NCBI GenBank assembly: GCA_963810095.1
Contig: CAWEMM010000006.1
Span: 1,120,001-1,184,000, forward strand
Length of the DNA: 64,000 bases
DNA from: an uncultured Chloroflexia bacterium
Lineage (GTDB): Bacteria; Chloroflexota; Anaerolineae; CG2-30-64-16
Direction: 5' to 3'
Made by a program: the position numbers and the translations under genes. Positions within the stretch are counted from its first letter, which is position 1. The number at the start of each line of letters is the position of its first letter. Below, piece by piece: positions 1 through 10,169 of this stretch. A model generated the notes under the pieces. The model did not search any database. It saw only the letters and a list, made by a program, of their open reading frames with translations, and was not told the DNA's origin.

Positions 1-88
1 GTTTCCATCGTACAACCCCACACGCCACTACGTCTGTGGCGACAAGATCGAGTGCCTTCCGGTCACCGGGAACCAGGGGCTCCGGCAT
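1..88 (-). CDS. probable 5' end of the next gene of the glycan locus (truncated by window edge)
   Basis: ATG at 88, 13 nt after the GT4 stop, opens MPEPLVPGDRKALDLVATDVVACGVV... and runs off the window. Too short to assign. Confidence 0.3.
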   Translation of the reverse strand, partial: MPEPLVPGDRKALDLVATDVVACGVVRWK

Positions 89-101
89 GAACACCCCAGT
101 A

Positions 102-1256
102 TCATTTGCGGCCGCATGACGGCGCGGCCAGAACTCGCTCGTAAAGCTCCAGGTTGACGCGGGCGGCCGCACACCAATCGTAATCGGCTAACAGCCGCCG
201 GCGCAGGCCCTCGGGTACGGGCCCGGCCAGCGAGGCCAGCGTCGTCTCGCGGATCGACCCGCGGCTGTAGGGATCGACAGTCCATGCGTCCGGCCCGAGC
301 ATCTCGCGGATGGCAGAGTACTGTGTCGAAATGACGCGCGTCCCCGACGCGCCGGCTTCAAGGCTCGACAGGCCGGGCAGCTCGTTCCAACTCGGCAGAA
401 TATGCGCGGCAGCGGCAGCGTAGACGAGGGGCAGCTCGGCCCTGGGCAACCAGCCCAGGAAATGCGTGCGGGCGCCGCGCTCGGCGGCCCGCCGAGCGCC
501 GGCCTGGTGGCAGCGCTCGGCGTAGTCAGGTTCGAAATAGGGCGAGACCGACCCGACGAACACCAGGTCCACCGGATCATCCCATAAAGCCTCGATGACG
601 GCAAGCTGGTTCTTTTTCGATTCGATCCGGGCGACCTCCACGACGTACGGGTCGGCCAGGTCGTGCTTGTGCCGGAAGGCGTCCAGGTCGGCGGCGGAAA
701 AGGACCGGCCGTAGAAGCCCGCGTCGATGCCGAAGCGGCTGAGGGCCATCTGGTCGCGCACGGCTTGAGGCAGCCGGAAGTGCCCGGCGACCCAGGCGTT
801 TTCCCACTGGCTCGTGGTCGCCACCACGTCGGCCGCCAGCAGCGCGCTGCGCATGGCCCGCCACACGGGCTGCATGGGTAGCCGGGAAGTCTGCCACGCC
901 CGGAAGACCGGCCAGGCAGCCCGCTTGCCGAGTACCTGTGCCAACTTGCGCCACCGCGGCGCGCCGACGATCGCTCGCTCGAACCAATCGCGAAAGTCAC
1001 AGTAGTAGAGCGGCGAAAAGACGATGCGCGCCCGGCCTGACTGTGCCCATGCCACCATCCGCTCCGCATGATCGAGCGGCGCAATGGTGAAGATATGGAG
1101 CAGGTCGAACGCCGACGCGGGCGGCATCTCGCTCTGCCGGCCCACCACGACCTCGGCGCCCAGGCTGCGCATTGCAGCGCTGAGCTTCTCCATCACCACC
1201 GTGTCGCCGCCAAAGACGCGGTCCGCGTCGGGGCGGAGGATCATCGCGATCCGCAT
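102..1256 (-). CDS. glycosyltransferase family 4 (GT-B)
   Basis: N-terminal GGDTVVM, VARIESKKNQ, and the C-terminal E-x7-E motif PSWNELPGLSSLEAGASG. Confidence 0.9.
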   Translation of the reverse strand: MRIAMILRPDADRVFGGDTVVMEKLSAAMRSLGAEVVVGRQSEMPPASAFDLLHIFTIAPLDHAERMVAWAQSGRARIVFSPLYYCDFRDWFERAIVGAPRWRKLAQVLGKRAAWPVFRAWQTSRLPMQPVWRAMRSALLAADVVATTSQWENAWVAGHFRLPQAVRDQMALSRFGIDAGFYGRSFSAADLDAFRHKHDLADPYVVEVARIESKKNQLAVIEALWDDPVDLVFVGSVSPYFEPDYAERCHQAGARRAAERGARTHFLGWLPRAELPLVYAAAAAHILPSWNELPGLSSLEAGASGTRVISTQYSAIREMLGPDAWTVDPYSRGSIRETTLASLAGPVPEGLRRRLLADYDWCAAARVNLELYERVLAAPSCGRK

Positions 1257-2443
1257 GTCGTCTCCAGCGCACCCTTCAGGTAGGTCGACAGCGTTTCCAC
1301 CCGGGCGTCCCAGGTGTGCGGCGCCACCGCAGCCCGCCGTCTGGCCCGCATTGCGTCGCTGTCAGTCGTCAGGGCCCCGCCGATCGCCTCCGCCCACTCT
1401 GCGGCAGACGTGGCAATGGAGACTACGCCCTCGAATTGGCGGGCGCCCGGCACATCTGCTGCGACGACCGGCAGGCCGGCCGCCAGGTATTCGTACACCT
1501 TGAGCGGGCTGGCGTGAATGGTCTCCTGCGTGACGCGGTAGGGCACCAGCCCCATGTCGAACGAGCGTACAAAGTCTGCGACCTGTTCGCCGGGCACGGG
1601 CGGCAGCAGGTGGACGTTGGGCAGGCCGGTGAGCCAATCCAACGCGTCCTCGCACCCGCTGCGGTAGACCGTCCCCATGAGCACCAGGGTCCACTCCGGG
1701 TGGGCTGCGAACAGCCGGTGCAGCATCCGCAGGTCCAGCCGGACGCTGATCAGCCCTACGTAGCCAAGGATCGGGCGCGGCAGTCCGGCCAATGCCGGCG
1801 GCGTTACCACGGCCCGGTCTTCGGCATATGCCGTCGCGTCAAAGCCGTTGGGCAACAGCCGGAACTTCGCGTTGTGTGCGCCGCCCTTCGAAGCAATCAG
1901 CTCGGGCGACACCGCGACGACCAGGTCGGCCCAGTCGATCAACCGGCGCTCGCGCTCGGCGTACCCGTTCCGGTGTGACTCGGGCAAGTCGTGGTAGGCC
2001 AGGTAATCGTCGACGATGTGATAGACGCGCAGGCGGGCCGGCAGGTCGAGCCGGGCGTCGTACTGGGTCGGCGTCGAAATCCAGACGACCGGTGGGCAAG
2101 TCCCGTCGATGCCGAGGGCCGCCAGATCGTGCTGCAACGTCGTCCGGCGCACCACGTGGAGCGCCCCCCGCACGGGGGCCGGGCCGCCCAGCGGCGCGAA
2201 CTGGGGCGGGTGGTACACCCACAGGTTCGAGCGCTCCGCTTCCATCCGGGTCGCCGCCAACAGCCGGCCGAGCTTGCGATCTCGGCGCAACACCCGCGCC
2301 CACACCTCGTCGACGTACGGCCGCGGTTCGACATAGACGACCTTGTTCGCACGCGCGAGGCGCGAGAGCAGTTGGTGGCGGTTGCGCCACATGCTCTGCC
2401 ACTGCTCCGGTCCGTAGTAGACGAAGCTCTCGCGCTCGATCAT
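1241..2443 (-). CDS. GT4-like glycosyltransferase (TuaH-like)
   Basis: Start MIERESFVYYG (ATG overlaps upstream stop). Motifs WRNRHQ...VVYVEP, YHIVDDY, LGYVGLI and SPLKVYEYLAAGLPVV. Confidence 0.88.
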   Translation of the reverse strand: MIERESFVYYGPEQWQSMWRNRHQLLSRLARANKVVYVEPRPYVDEVWARVLRRDRKLGRLLAATRMEAERSNLWVYHPPQFAPLGGPAPVRGALHVVRRTTLQHDLAALGIDGTCPPVVWISTPTQYDARLDLPARLRVYHIVDDYLAYHDLPESHRNGYAERERRLIDWADLVVAVSPELIASKGGAHNAKFRLLPNGFDATAYAEDRAVVTPPALAGLPRPILGYVGLISVRLDLRMLHRLFAAHPEWTLVLMGTVYRSGCEDALDWLTGLPNVHLLPPVPGEQVADFVRSFDMGLVPYRVTQETIHASPLKVYEYLAAGLPVVAADVPGARQFEGVVSIATSAAEWAEAIGGALTTDSDAMRARRRAAVAPHTWDARVETLSTYLKGALETTCGSR

Positions 2444-3720
2444 TTGCTCGTCATCCCGGTTGGCCGCACGGCTTCCAGTCTCAAACCGCCGGCCTCCTTG
2501 CGTCGCAGCGCGTCTGCCAGGATTGTCTCGATCTGTCCGACCCGGTCCTCCCAGGTCTGCCCGGCCGCGGCCGCCTTCCGTGCCGCAACCCGTCGGGCAG
2601 AGGTGTCGACCAACGCAGCGTCTATCTGTGCGGCGAATCCGCCGGCAGATTCGCCGACGTACACCAGCCCCTCGGCAAACGCCGCGTGCGCAGCCGGTAC
2701 GTCGGTCGCGACCACCGCTTTCCCGCACGCCAGGTACTCATACAGCTTCAGCGAGTCGATCGCAGCGGTCCACGGGCTCTGCTCGTAAGGCAGCAGGCAG
2801 ACGTCCATGCTCGCGATGGCCCCAGGCACTTGTTCCACCGGCACGCGGCCAGTCCAATGGACGTTGGACAGCGCTTTCAAGCCATCCGCTTTGTATGGGC
2901 TGCCGGTCAGGTCCAGCCTGCCCACCAGCACAAACTGCCATTCGGGGTGCTGCCCCGCGACGGCTGCCAGCAGGTCGAAATCCAGCTTCTCGTTCAGCGC
3001 GCCCACGTAGCCGATGCGCGGGTGCGGAATGTCTTGCAGCTGCGCCAAGGGGCCGTCGGGCCGCAGCGCCTCCCGCTCATGGTCCCGGCGGAGCAACGCA
3101 GCCTGGAAACCCGCGTAATCGACCGCGTTGGGCACCAGGTGCGTGCAGTCGTTGAAGCGGCCCTTGCTCGTCAGCAGCGCCGGCGAGGTGACCAACACCA
3201 CGTCGGCCCGGCGCAGCAGCGCCTCTTCGGCCGCCCGGAAGCCAGCCTTATCCGTCACCGTCGGGAAGCCGCTGTACTCGTCCGTGACGTGGTAGACGAC
3301 AAGCTTCTCGCCATACAACCCGATCTGGTCCGCATGGAACGGGCGCAGAAGCCACAGAATGGGCGCGTGCTGGGCGGGCGCCCCGAGCGAACGAAGCGCC
3401 GACCGCAGCGCCCGGCGGCGGATGGCCGCGGTTTGCGGACCGCCGCTCCGCCGGCCCGCGAACGGCGCATAGACCGGATCCGTGTAGATGTAAAGATTCT
3501 CGCGCTCACGCGCCAGGCGGGGCGCCACTACCTCCCGCCAGCCAACCTTGCCGTCGCGCACCTTGCGCACTGCCTCCCCCAGATAGACGCGCGGCTCGAC
3601 GTATACGACCGTGTTGCGCCGGGCCAGCCGGGTCATAATCTGGTGCCGGTTGCGCCACAGCCCGGCCCACGGGTCGGGCGCAAAGCAGAGGATGGTCTCA
3701 CCTATCAGTTCGGCGCTCAT
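2440..3720 (-). CDS. GT4-like glycosyltransferase (TuaH-like), paralog of neighbour
   Basis: Start MSAELIGETILCF at 3720. Motifs WRNRHQ...VVYVEP, YHVTDEY, IGYVGAL and DSLKLYEYLACGKAVV. Confidence 0.88.
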   Translation of the reverse strand: MSAELIGETILCFAPDPWAGLWRNRHQIMTRLARRNTVVYVEPRVYLGEAVRKVRDGKVGWREVVAPRLARERENLYIYTDPVYAPFAGRRSGGPQTAAIRRRALRSALRSLGAPAQHAPILWLLRPFHADQIGLYGEKLVVYHVTDEYSGFPTVTDKAGFRAAEEALLRRADVVLVTSPALLTSKGRFNDCTHLVPNAVDYAGFQAALLRRDHEREALRPDGPLAQLQDIPHPRIGYVGALNEKLDFDLLAAVAGQHPEWQFVLVGRLDLTGSPYKADGLKALSNVHWTGRVPVEQVPGAIASMDVCLLPYEQSPWTAAIDSLKLYEYLACGKAVVATDVPAAHAAFAEGLVYVGESAGGFAAQIDAALVDTSARRVAARKAAAAGQTWEDRVGQIETILADALRRKEAGGLRLEAVRPTGMTSK

Positions 3721-3725
3721 ACTCG

Positions 3726-5311
3726 CTACCGGCCCGTCGCCGCAACGCCGGCGGCATGACGCGCGGCCATCAGCCGGCGGCCCTGGCGGAGCAGGGTGCG
3801 CACCGTCGACCGGAATTGCACGTCGATCAGCAGCGACAGCCCGAAATAGCCGAGCACGAGGAGCGTTCCGGCCAGGAGCAGGTTCCAGCTTGCCTTGGCA
3901 AAGGGCAGGTGTGGATAAAGCCCCAGGGCGGCAAAGCCGGCCACGAGCGCCGCAGCCCAGGCAGGCGCCAGCAGGCGGGCATAAGCGTGCCACGGCGCGT
4001 CGATCAGCTTGTTCACCAGCCAGGCGGAGATCACGAAGTCGACCACGGCCACGATGGTCGACAGCCAGCTCACCCCGTTGATGTTCCACTTGAGCGCCAC
4101 CGGGACCAACAGGACGACCATGGTGATCAGCCGCCAGGTGGCGATATAGGCGAGCCACTGCGGCCGGCCCAGTCGCGCGGAAGATGCTGCCCATGTTGGC
4201 CGCGATCGAACGAATGAAGCCGTACAGGGCCAGCACCTGCAAGGGCACGATCGCCGGCGCCCAAACATCCCCATACAGCCCATAGATGAAGGCGGGCGCA
4301 AACAGGATCATGGCCACCGCAACCGGCGTCGCGATCCAGGTGACATAGCGGATGGTCGTGAAGTAGTAGCGGATGCGCAGAGGCTCGGGCAGCATCCGGG
4401 TCCGAGTCCCCCATCTTGGACAGCGCCGGAAACATGACCTGGCTCACGACGCTGGTCAGTTGCGTGGCTGGCTGGTTAGACGTGTTGTACGCAAACTGGT
4501 AGAAGCCCAGCGCCGAGTCGCCCAGGTAACGACCGACCACGGCGTTGTCGACATTGGTAATCAGGAAGATCAGGCCCTGCGACGACATGATGTGCTTGCC
4601 GTAGCCAAACAGCTCGCGGGCAGCGGGCCGGCTGAACTGCCACCGCGGGCGGTAGGGGCAGACAAAGAACACGAGCACGGTGGCCAGCGTCGTCTTGATC
4701 AACTCACGCCAGACCAGGCTCCAGACGCCGAACCCGCGGAAGGCCATGACGATCGCGATGATGCTGGCGATGATGCTGGCCGTAAGGTCGGGAAACAGCC
4801 GGCGGCGGAAATTCAGATCGCGGCTGAGCAGGACGTAGGGCACACGGCCGAAGCTGGAGATGACCACCGTCAGCGACAACACCCGCAGGATGGGAACCAC
4901 CGCTGGCTCGCGGAAGAACGCCGCGACAAGCGGCGCGGCCAGCATGGAGATGGCGCAGATCACCAGGCTTGTCAGGATGACCGTGTAAAACGCAGTGTGG
5001 CTCGCCGCGTCCACCTCCTGCTTCGCACCTCTCTTGTAGACCAGCGCGGCCTCAAACCCGATATCCTGGAACAGGGCGAGCGCGGCAAGCGCGAGGCCGG
5101 CCATGCCGACGAGACCGAACTGCTGCGGCGTTACCAGCTTGGCGAGGATCAGGGTCGTCACGTAGCCCAGCCCGCGGCCGAAGATCTGGCCGAGAGCGAC
5201 CCAGAACATCCCGCTTGCCACCTGGCGCTTGAGGCCCTGGTCGGCCGCACCGCCGGGCTTAGGCGGCTGGGGGTCCGGCGCGGCTTGGGGCCGGTTCTCG
5301 GTCGGCGTCAT
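3726..5311 (-). CDS. Wzx-type polysaccharide flippase (WzxC-like); frameshifts near 4380 and 4170
   Basis: LILAKLVTPQQFGLVGMA, NVDNAVVGRYLGDSALGFYQFAY, VMFPALSK. The TM protein continues through ORF segments 4127..5443, 2440..4395 (N-part) and 3726..4301 (C-part). Confidence 0.88.
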
Positions 5312-6054
5312 CGGCCGGCCTCCCGCCCCACCGTCGCCGCGGCGGCCTTGCGACCCACGACGATGAAATCTCGGGCAAACAGACCGGGCCGGCGCCGGGC
5401 CAACCGGGTGTAAACCCTGGCGGGCAAGCCCCGCCGCAGCCAAGCAGGATAAAGCCCCTTAACCCACAGGCTGGCGCTCCCATCCACCTTCTCGATCGCA
5501 ATGCCGCGCTTGTCCAGCCCGTCGCGGATGTCGGAAAGCGTGAAGAACCGGATGTGGAGCCAGTCGGTCGGCGTGTTCACGACGACCGGGAAGCGCCCGC
5601 GCAGCAGCCACCAACGCACACGCCAGTGCGCGGTGTTGGGCAACAGCAGCACCAGGCGTCCACCGGGGCGCAGCACCCGCGCCATCTCGTCGAGTGCATG
5701 GTCCGGGTCGAAACGGTGCTCGAGCTGCGAGTCGCAGACGACCGTGTCGAAGCTGTTGTCGCCGAAGGGCAGCGGGGCGGCATCGATCTCGCACTGCCGG
5801 GCATCGACGCCGCGGCGGCGCGCCATCTCGACGGCCACGTGCGAGAGGTCGGTCATCACGACGTGCGCGCCCCGGTCACAGAGCATCTTCGCCAGCCAGC
5901 CCGGGCCGCCGTCTACCTGGAGGACGTCGAGCGCGCCCGTTTGGGCGGCGCCCAACACGTGCTCGGCCACGAGGCGCAGCCGGCCTTGGTCGACCTTGTT
6001 ATCCCCGTCGCCCTTCGCCTGCCAGTAAGCGTCGTAGTACCCGACAAAATCCAT
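5308..6054 (-). CDS. class I SAM-dependent methyltransferase
   Basis: ATG at 6054 overlaps upstream TGA (TGATG). Motifs TDLSHVAVEMA, LPFGDNSFDTVVCDSQLEH, EMARVLRPGG and HIRFFT. Confidence 0.85.
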   Translation of the reverse strand: MDFVGYYDAYWQAKGDGDNKVDQGRLRLVAEHVLGAAQTGALDVLQVDGGPGWLAKMLCDRGAHVVMTDLSHVAVEMARRRGVDARQCEIDAAPLPFGDNSFDTVVCDSQLEHRFDPDHALDEMARVLRPGGRLVLLLPNTAHWRVRWWLLRGRFPVVVNTPTDWLHIRFFTLSDIRDGLDKRGIAIEKVDGSASLWVKGLYPAWLRRGLPARVYTRLARRRPGLFARDFIVVGRKAAAATVGREAGR

Positions 6055-9000
6055 CAGTGACTTCCGTTCAAGAGCATTGGGAGATAGGTGTGCTTGTCGC
6101 ACGCAGTGCACGGTATGCGCGTTGCGGTGGGCGTGAGCGTCGGCGTAGGCGACGGCGTAACGCCAAACGCCAGCCCGAAATCGACTTCCGTCGCGATCCC
6201 GGCGCTGACCGCGGCCTCTGCCGGGTTGCCGCTTGCGGTGGTGACCTGGTAATTCGCGGCGCGCGTTCAGGTCCACCTCCCATGCGCCCGGGGTCACGCG
6301 ATCGAACACATACCACCCGTTGCTGTCCGACGTCACATTGTTCGCAACCGCGCCGTTGCGCTTCAGCTGGACCAGTCGCCCCGCCACCCCTGCCTCGCCG
6401 GCCTCATGCACGCCATTGCGATTGCTGTCCACGAAGACGAGGCCGGTAATGCTGCCGTCGGGGGGCGTGGCGGTCGCGGTCGGGGTGTTGGTGGCCGTGG
6501 GCGTCAGGGTCGGCGTGGCCGTCGCGGTCGGCGTATTGGACGGAGTTGGCGTCAGCGGATCCTGTGTGTAGACGATGAAAAGCTGCGGCCGCCAGCCGCT
6601 CGTCAGGTAATCCGACGATGCGATGGAGAAGCCGTCCTTCACCAAGTCCCAGCCGCCGCCGGCCGGCGCGCCTTCCTGCGGGTCGACCCGCAGCGCCATG
6701 CCCCAATTGGACGCGGGATTCGCCGCCCAGCCGGCGACGAGGCCGGTCACGTCGAGCCCGTACCAGTCTGCTATGGTCGCGTCCGTGCCGCCCGAGCCCG
6801 TGAAAGCCGGGTAGACGGTGCGGCTGTCTGCGGGCTGGCCGGCCCGGTCGGCCGGAACCCCGTTTGCGCCCGCGACGTTCCACGGCGTTGCTCCGTCGGC
6901 CTGGGTCCAGGTCGCATCGGTCGCGCTCCACGGGCGATTAATCCGGTCGACCGCGAGGGGAACCGGCCCGTTCGGAACGTAGGTGACTCGCACGCTGAGC
7001 ACGGCGAAGCGGACGGTCGCGCCGGCGGGCAACCGCCCGGCGAGGTCGAAACGCAGCAGGCCGGTCTGGACCGGATGGTCGCCGTCCGCCCGCAAGGACA
7101 AGGTATAGCTCCCACCGTACTTCTTGGCGGGATCCCACCCGTTGATGTACGTGTCGGCTCCGGCCGAGTACCCGTCGACGCCCTGCCGCAGGCTCAGCGT
7201 TTTCGTGGTGGGCGGCTGCCCGCCTGCGCTCAGCCGAAGGATGAAGGCGCCCTGGGGCACGGTGGCCTGGACCTTGCCGTCGCTCGCGGTGACGAACGTC
7301 TGCGAGAAGGAGCCGTCGTCCTTGCCGACCCGTTCGAGGGTGTACGTCCCGGTCGTGGGCAACCCGATGCGCTGGAGATCGAAGGTCAGGGTCACGGGCA
7401 GGTTGCGCGGCGCCGCGACGCCCTTTGCGTTCGGGTCCCCGCTCATCGGCTTCAGGTTTTCCACGTTCAGGTCGATGGTGCCGAGGCGCCGGCTGTAGGC
7501 TGCGTGCGTCACACGCAGCCAGTGGGCCTCATTCAGGCTGGCCTCCGAAAACCCCGCGGCAATCCAGAAGTGCCCGGCGCCCGGGGGCGTGGTCCAGTCC
7601 ATGTTGAAATTGAGGTCCTGGGCGCGTCGCCCACGGGGCGGGAGAACTGCGCCAGCCAGTCCAGCTGAGTGTTGGCGAAGTTGGCCCCGTTGATCCGGTC
7701 GCCGTGAACGCCCGGGAAGTAGGTCCGCTCGACGTGGTCGGGGCCATATTCGAGCACCCGCCCGTACATGTCCTCCGCGTGACGCGGCAGAACTTTCTCG
7801 TCGCCCTCGGGATGCAAGATCCACAGCGGAAGATGCTGGTAGTTAGCGGCCCACTCGACGGGCGAGCGGCGCTGGTATTCGAAGGGGTAGTCGGGCGCCT
7901 GCCGGGCCTGGCCGGGAATGTGCGTGGGCTCGACATACGATCCCGTCTCGGCGCGGATCGCGTAGTTGATGGACGGGTTGGGCGTGGCCCCTTTCGGCTC
8001 GTCCGTCTGCGTCTCGTCTTCCCATGCCGCCAGGTCGGTCGGCGCGCTGTCAGACACGACCGCTGCGAACTTATCCGCGAAGCGAGCGCCGGCCAGCAGC
8101 GCCGTCATGCCGCCCATCGAGTGCCCGACGAGGTAGATGCGCGTGGGGTCGACGTTGTAGTGGGCTTGCATGTAGTTGACGATGTCGAGGACGTCCCACT
8201 GTGACGCCCGTGACCCCATGGAGCGGCGGCCGGTGCCCGGCATGGGAATGCCCGTGCCCGGGTCCATGACGAGAAAATCGTTCCATACTTCGCCGTGGAA
8301 GTCTGCCGATGCGAGCAGCCAGCCCCGGGCACGCGGCCGCGTCGTGGTAATCCTCCATCGACTCCCAGGCGTTCGAGCCAAAGCCGTGCGCCGAGATCAG
8401 CAAGGGGGTGGGTTTCGACCCATCGTACCCCTGCGGCTCCATAATGTCGGTCCAGGTGCCCTCGTTGGCGTACGGGGCAAGTTTGCCGGTGGTGTCGTAC
8501 CACTGCCAGTTGTTGAAGTACGTGCTGGCGATGGTGGTGAGGCGGTAATGGCGGCCGTCGACGCCCGTGCCCGTCACCTCGATCTGCGCACGGCTGATGC
8601 CCCAGCTGTTGTCAGACAGCGCGGGATCAACCTCGATCCGCAGCGTGTTCTTGCCTTGCTTGAGCACGGAGAGGTTCGTGATGGGCCAGCTCTCGGGCTG
8701 CTGCCCGCCGTCGAAGCCCCGGCACTGCGGTTCGCCGCCGTGCTTGCCGGTGGCTGCGCCGATCTGCACGCCGTTCACCTTGATCGGCCGGCCGTATGAG
8801 CCGCCCGCATTGAACTCGTACCCGACCAGGCGGGCCGCCGTGATCGTACCGGTCCAGTGAAGATAGACGTCCTGCTCGTAGACGTTGGGGTTGGGGCTGC
8901 TGAGATAGCCGCTGCCGACCTGGAGACACGCGGCCGCCGAGGACATGGCCGACCCCGAAACGGCCGGCATGGCCAGCACGGATCGCGCCTGCATGGCAGG

Positions 9001-9126
9001 CAGCAGCGCGGACACACATGCAGCAATGATGAAAAAGACGAGTGCCGCGGCCTGACGGGGCTTTCGATTAACCTGAGCGGCGCCAGTGGAAGTCACCGGC
9101 GCATCGGGAACTGCTTGAACGCTCAT
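6054..9126 (-). CDS. secreted multidomain protein: alpha/beta-hydrolase (esterase/peptidase S9-like) + DNRLRE-like domain + Thr/Pro linker + SdrD-B-like domain; frameshifts near 8335, 7610 and 6265
   Basis: Hydrophobic signal (AAALVFFIIAACVSALLP), PLLISAHGFG, RIYLVGHSMGG nucleophile elbow, ADTYI...LLRFDL, TPTPSNTPTAT, GLVFVDSNRNG. C-terminus read manually: ...KHTYLPMLLNGSH*. Confidence 0.75.
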
Positions 9127-10075
9127 TTGCTTGGCCCGAGAAAGTATCGCAGACGGCCAGGACCAGGAAGGTTGCCGCGCGACTGGGCTCTCCGCCTTGT
9201 AAGTGATGTAGATGGTCTCTGACGAAAGCCCGAGCCGCTCGAGAGCGGAGCGGAGCCAGTCGAGGCCGAAACCATAGCCGGACGACACCGGACCACGGTG
9301 CATGGCAGCGACGCAAAAACCTGCAGCCTCAAACTGGGCTCGCCAGTAGCGCCGGGTGAACAGGGTGAACTCGCGCAGGTTGCTGCCCGATGCCCCGTGT
9401 GCCGCCGGCCACAGGAGTCGCGCCAGGTACGAGCGCTGGCCGCTCGCCACCTTCGGATTATTGTCCCAGTCGTCAGCGCCCGCCGCGGAGCCTGCCGCAG
9501 CGTCCGGCCCGGTCGTGCCCGCCCGGCGCAAGCGGCGGTCCAGCCGGCCGACGATCGCGTTCACGTAGAACCCCAGCACGTGGGTCGTCTTCCAGAACGG
9601 CGACGGGACGACATGGATGGCAATGCCGTCGTCCTGCATGACCGTCCGCATCGCCCGCAGCGCCCGGCCGGGATCTGGCAGGTGTTCCAGCATGTTCGAC
9701 GAGAAGACCAGGTCGAATGTCTGGGGTTCGAACGCCTCGTCCACCCGCTCGGCGTCGCACGTCACAAACGAAACGCGGCCGAGCGACGCCCGCGTCGCCG
9801 CGCGCGACCATCGGCCGGTTCGAGCATGGTAGGGGGACGAAAGTCTATCGGACGGTAGTCCGACGCGGTCAGGCGGCAGACGTAAGGCGCCAACAAAGTG
9901 CTCTGGAAACCATCCCCCGCGCCAAGCTCAAGGCCACACGCGAAAGCGTCCTCGGGGCACCTTTCAAAGATCATCTGGATCTCGCGGCGCCGCAGCGTGC
10001 GCAGATAAGCCAGCCAATCGGCCTTGAGGCCGGCAACGTGACGCTTCAATCCGGGTCTTGAACCTCTGTGGACAT
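9123..10075 (-). CDS. class I SAM-dependent methyltransferase (frameshifted; start approximate)
   Basis: LELGAGDG (ORF 9762..10166) continues as CDAE...FDLVFSSNMLEHLPDP (ORF 8071..9765). Probable true end ...RYFLGPSK* overlaps the next ATG (ATGA at 9123-9126). Confidence 0.75.
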
Positions 10076-10169
10076 CAGGCAGCGCCGCCCGGGTGGCTTC
10101 CCATCGCTGTGGCCCGCGCACCACGCGCGGACCAGGCAGTATATCACCACGGGGCGGCGCCTCCAAACT

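Noticed and set aside
2440-4395. Apparent flippase-glycosyltransferase fusion (651 aa)
   Set aside because: The N-terminal part is a frameshifted piece of Wzx. The GT has its own ATG at 3720.
5308-7824. Apparent surface protein-methyltransferase fusion (838 aa)
   Set aside because: A frameshift near 6265 hides the real C-terminus (YLPMLLNGSH*), whose TGA overlaps the methyltransferase ATG.
8071-9765. Apparent methyltransferase-secreted protein fusion
   Set aside because: An alternative-frame stop overlaps the ATG at 9126 (ATGA) and a signal peptide follows, so an indel near 9185 is the likely cause.
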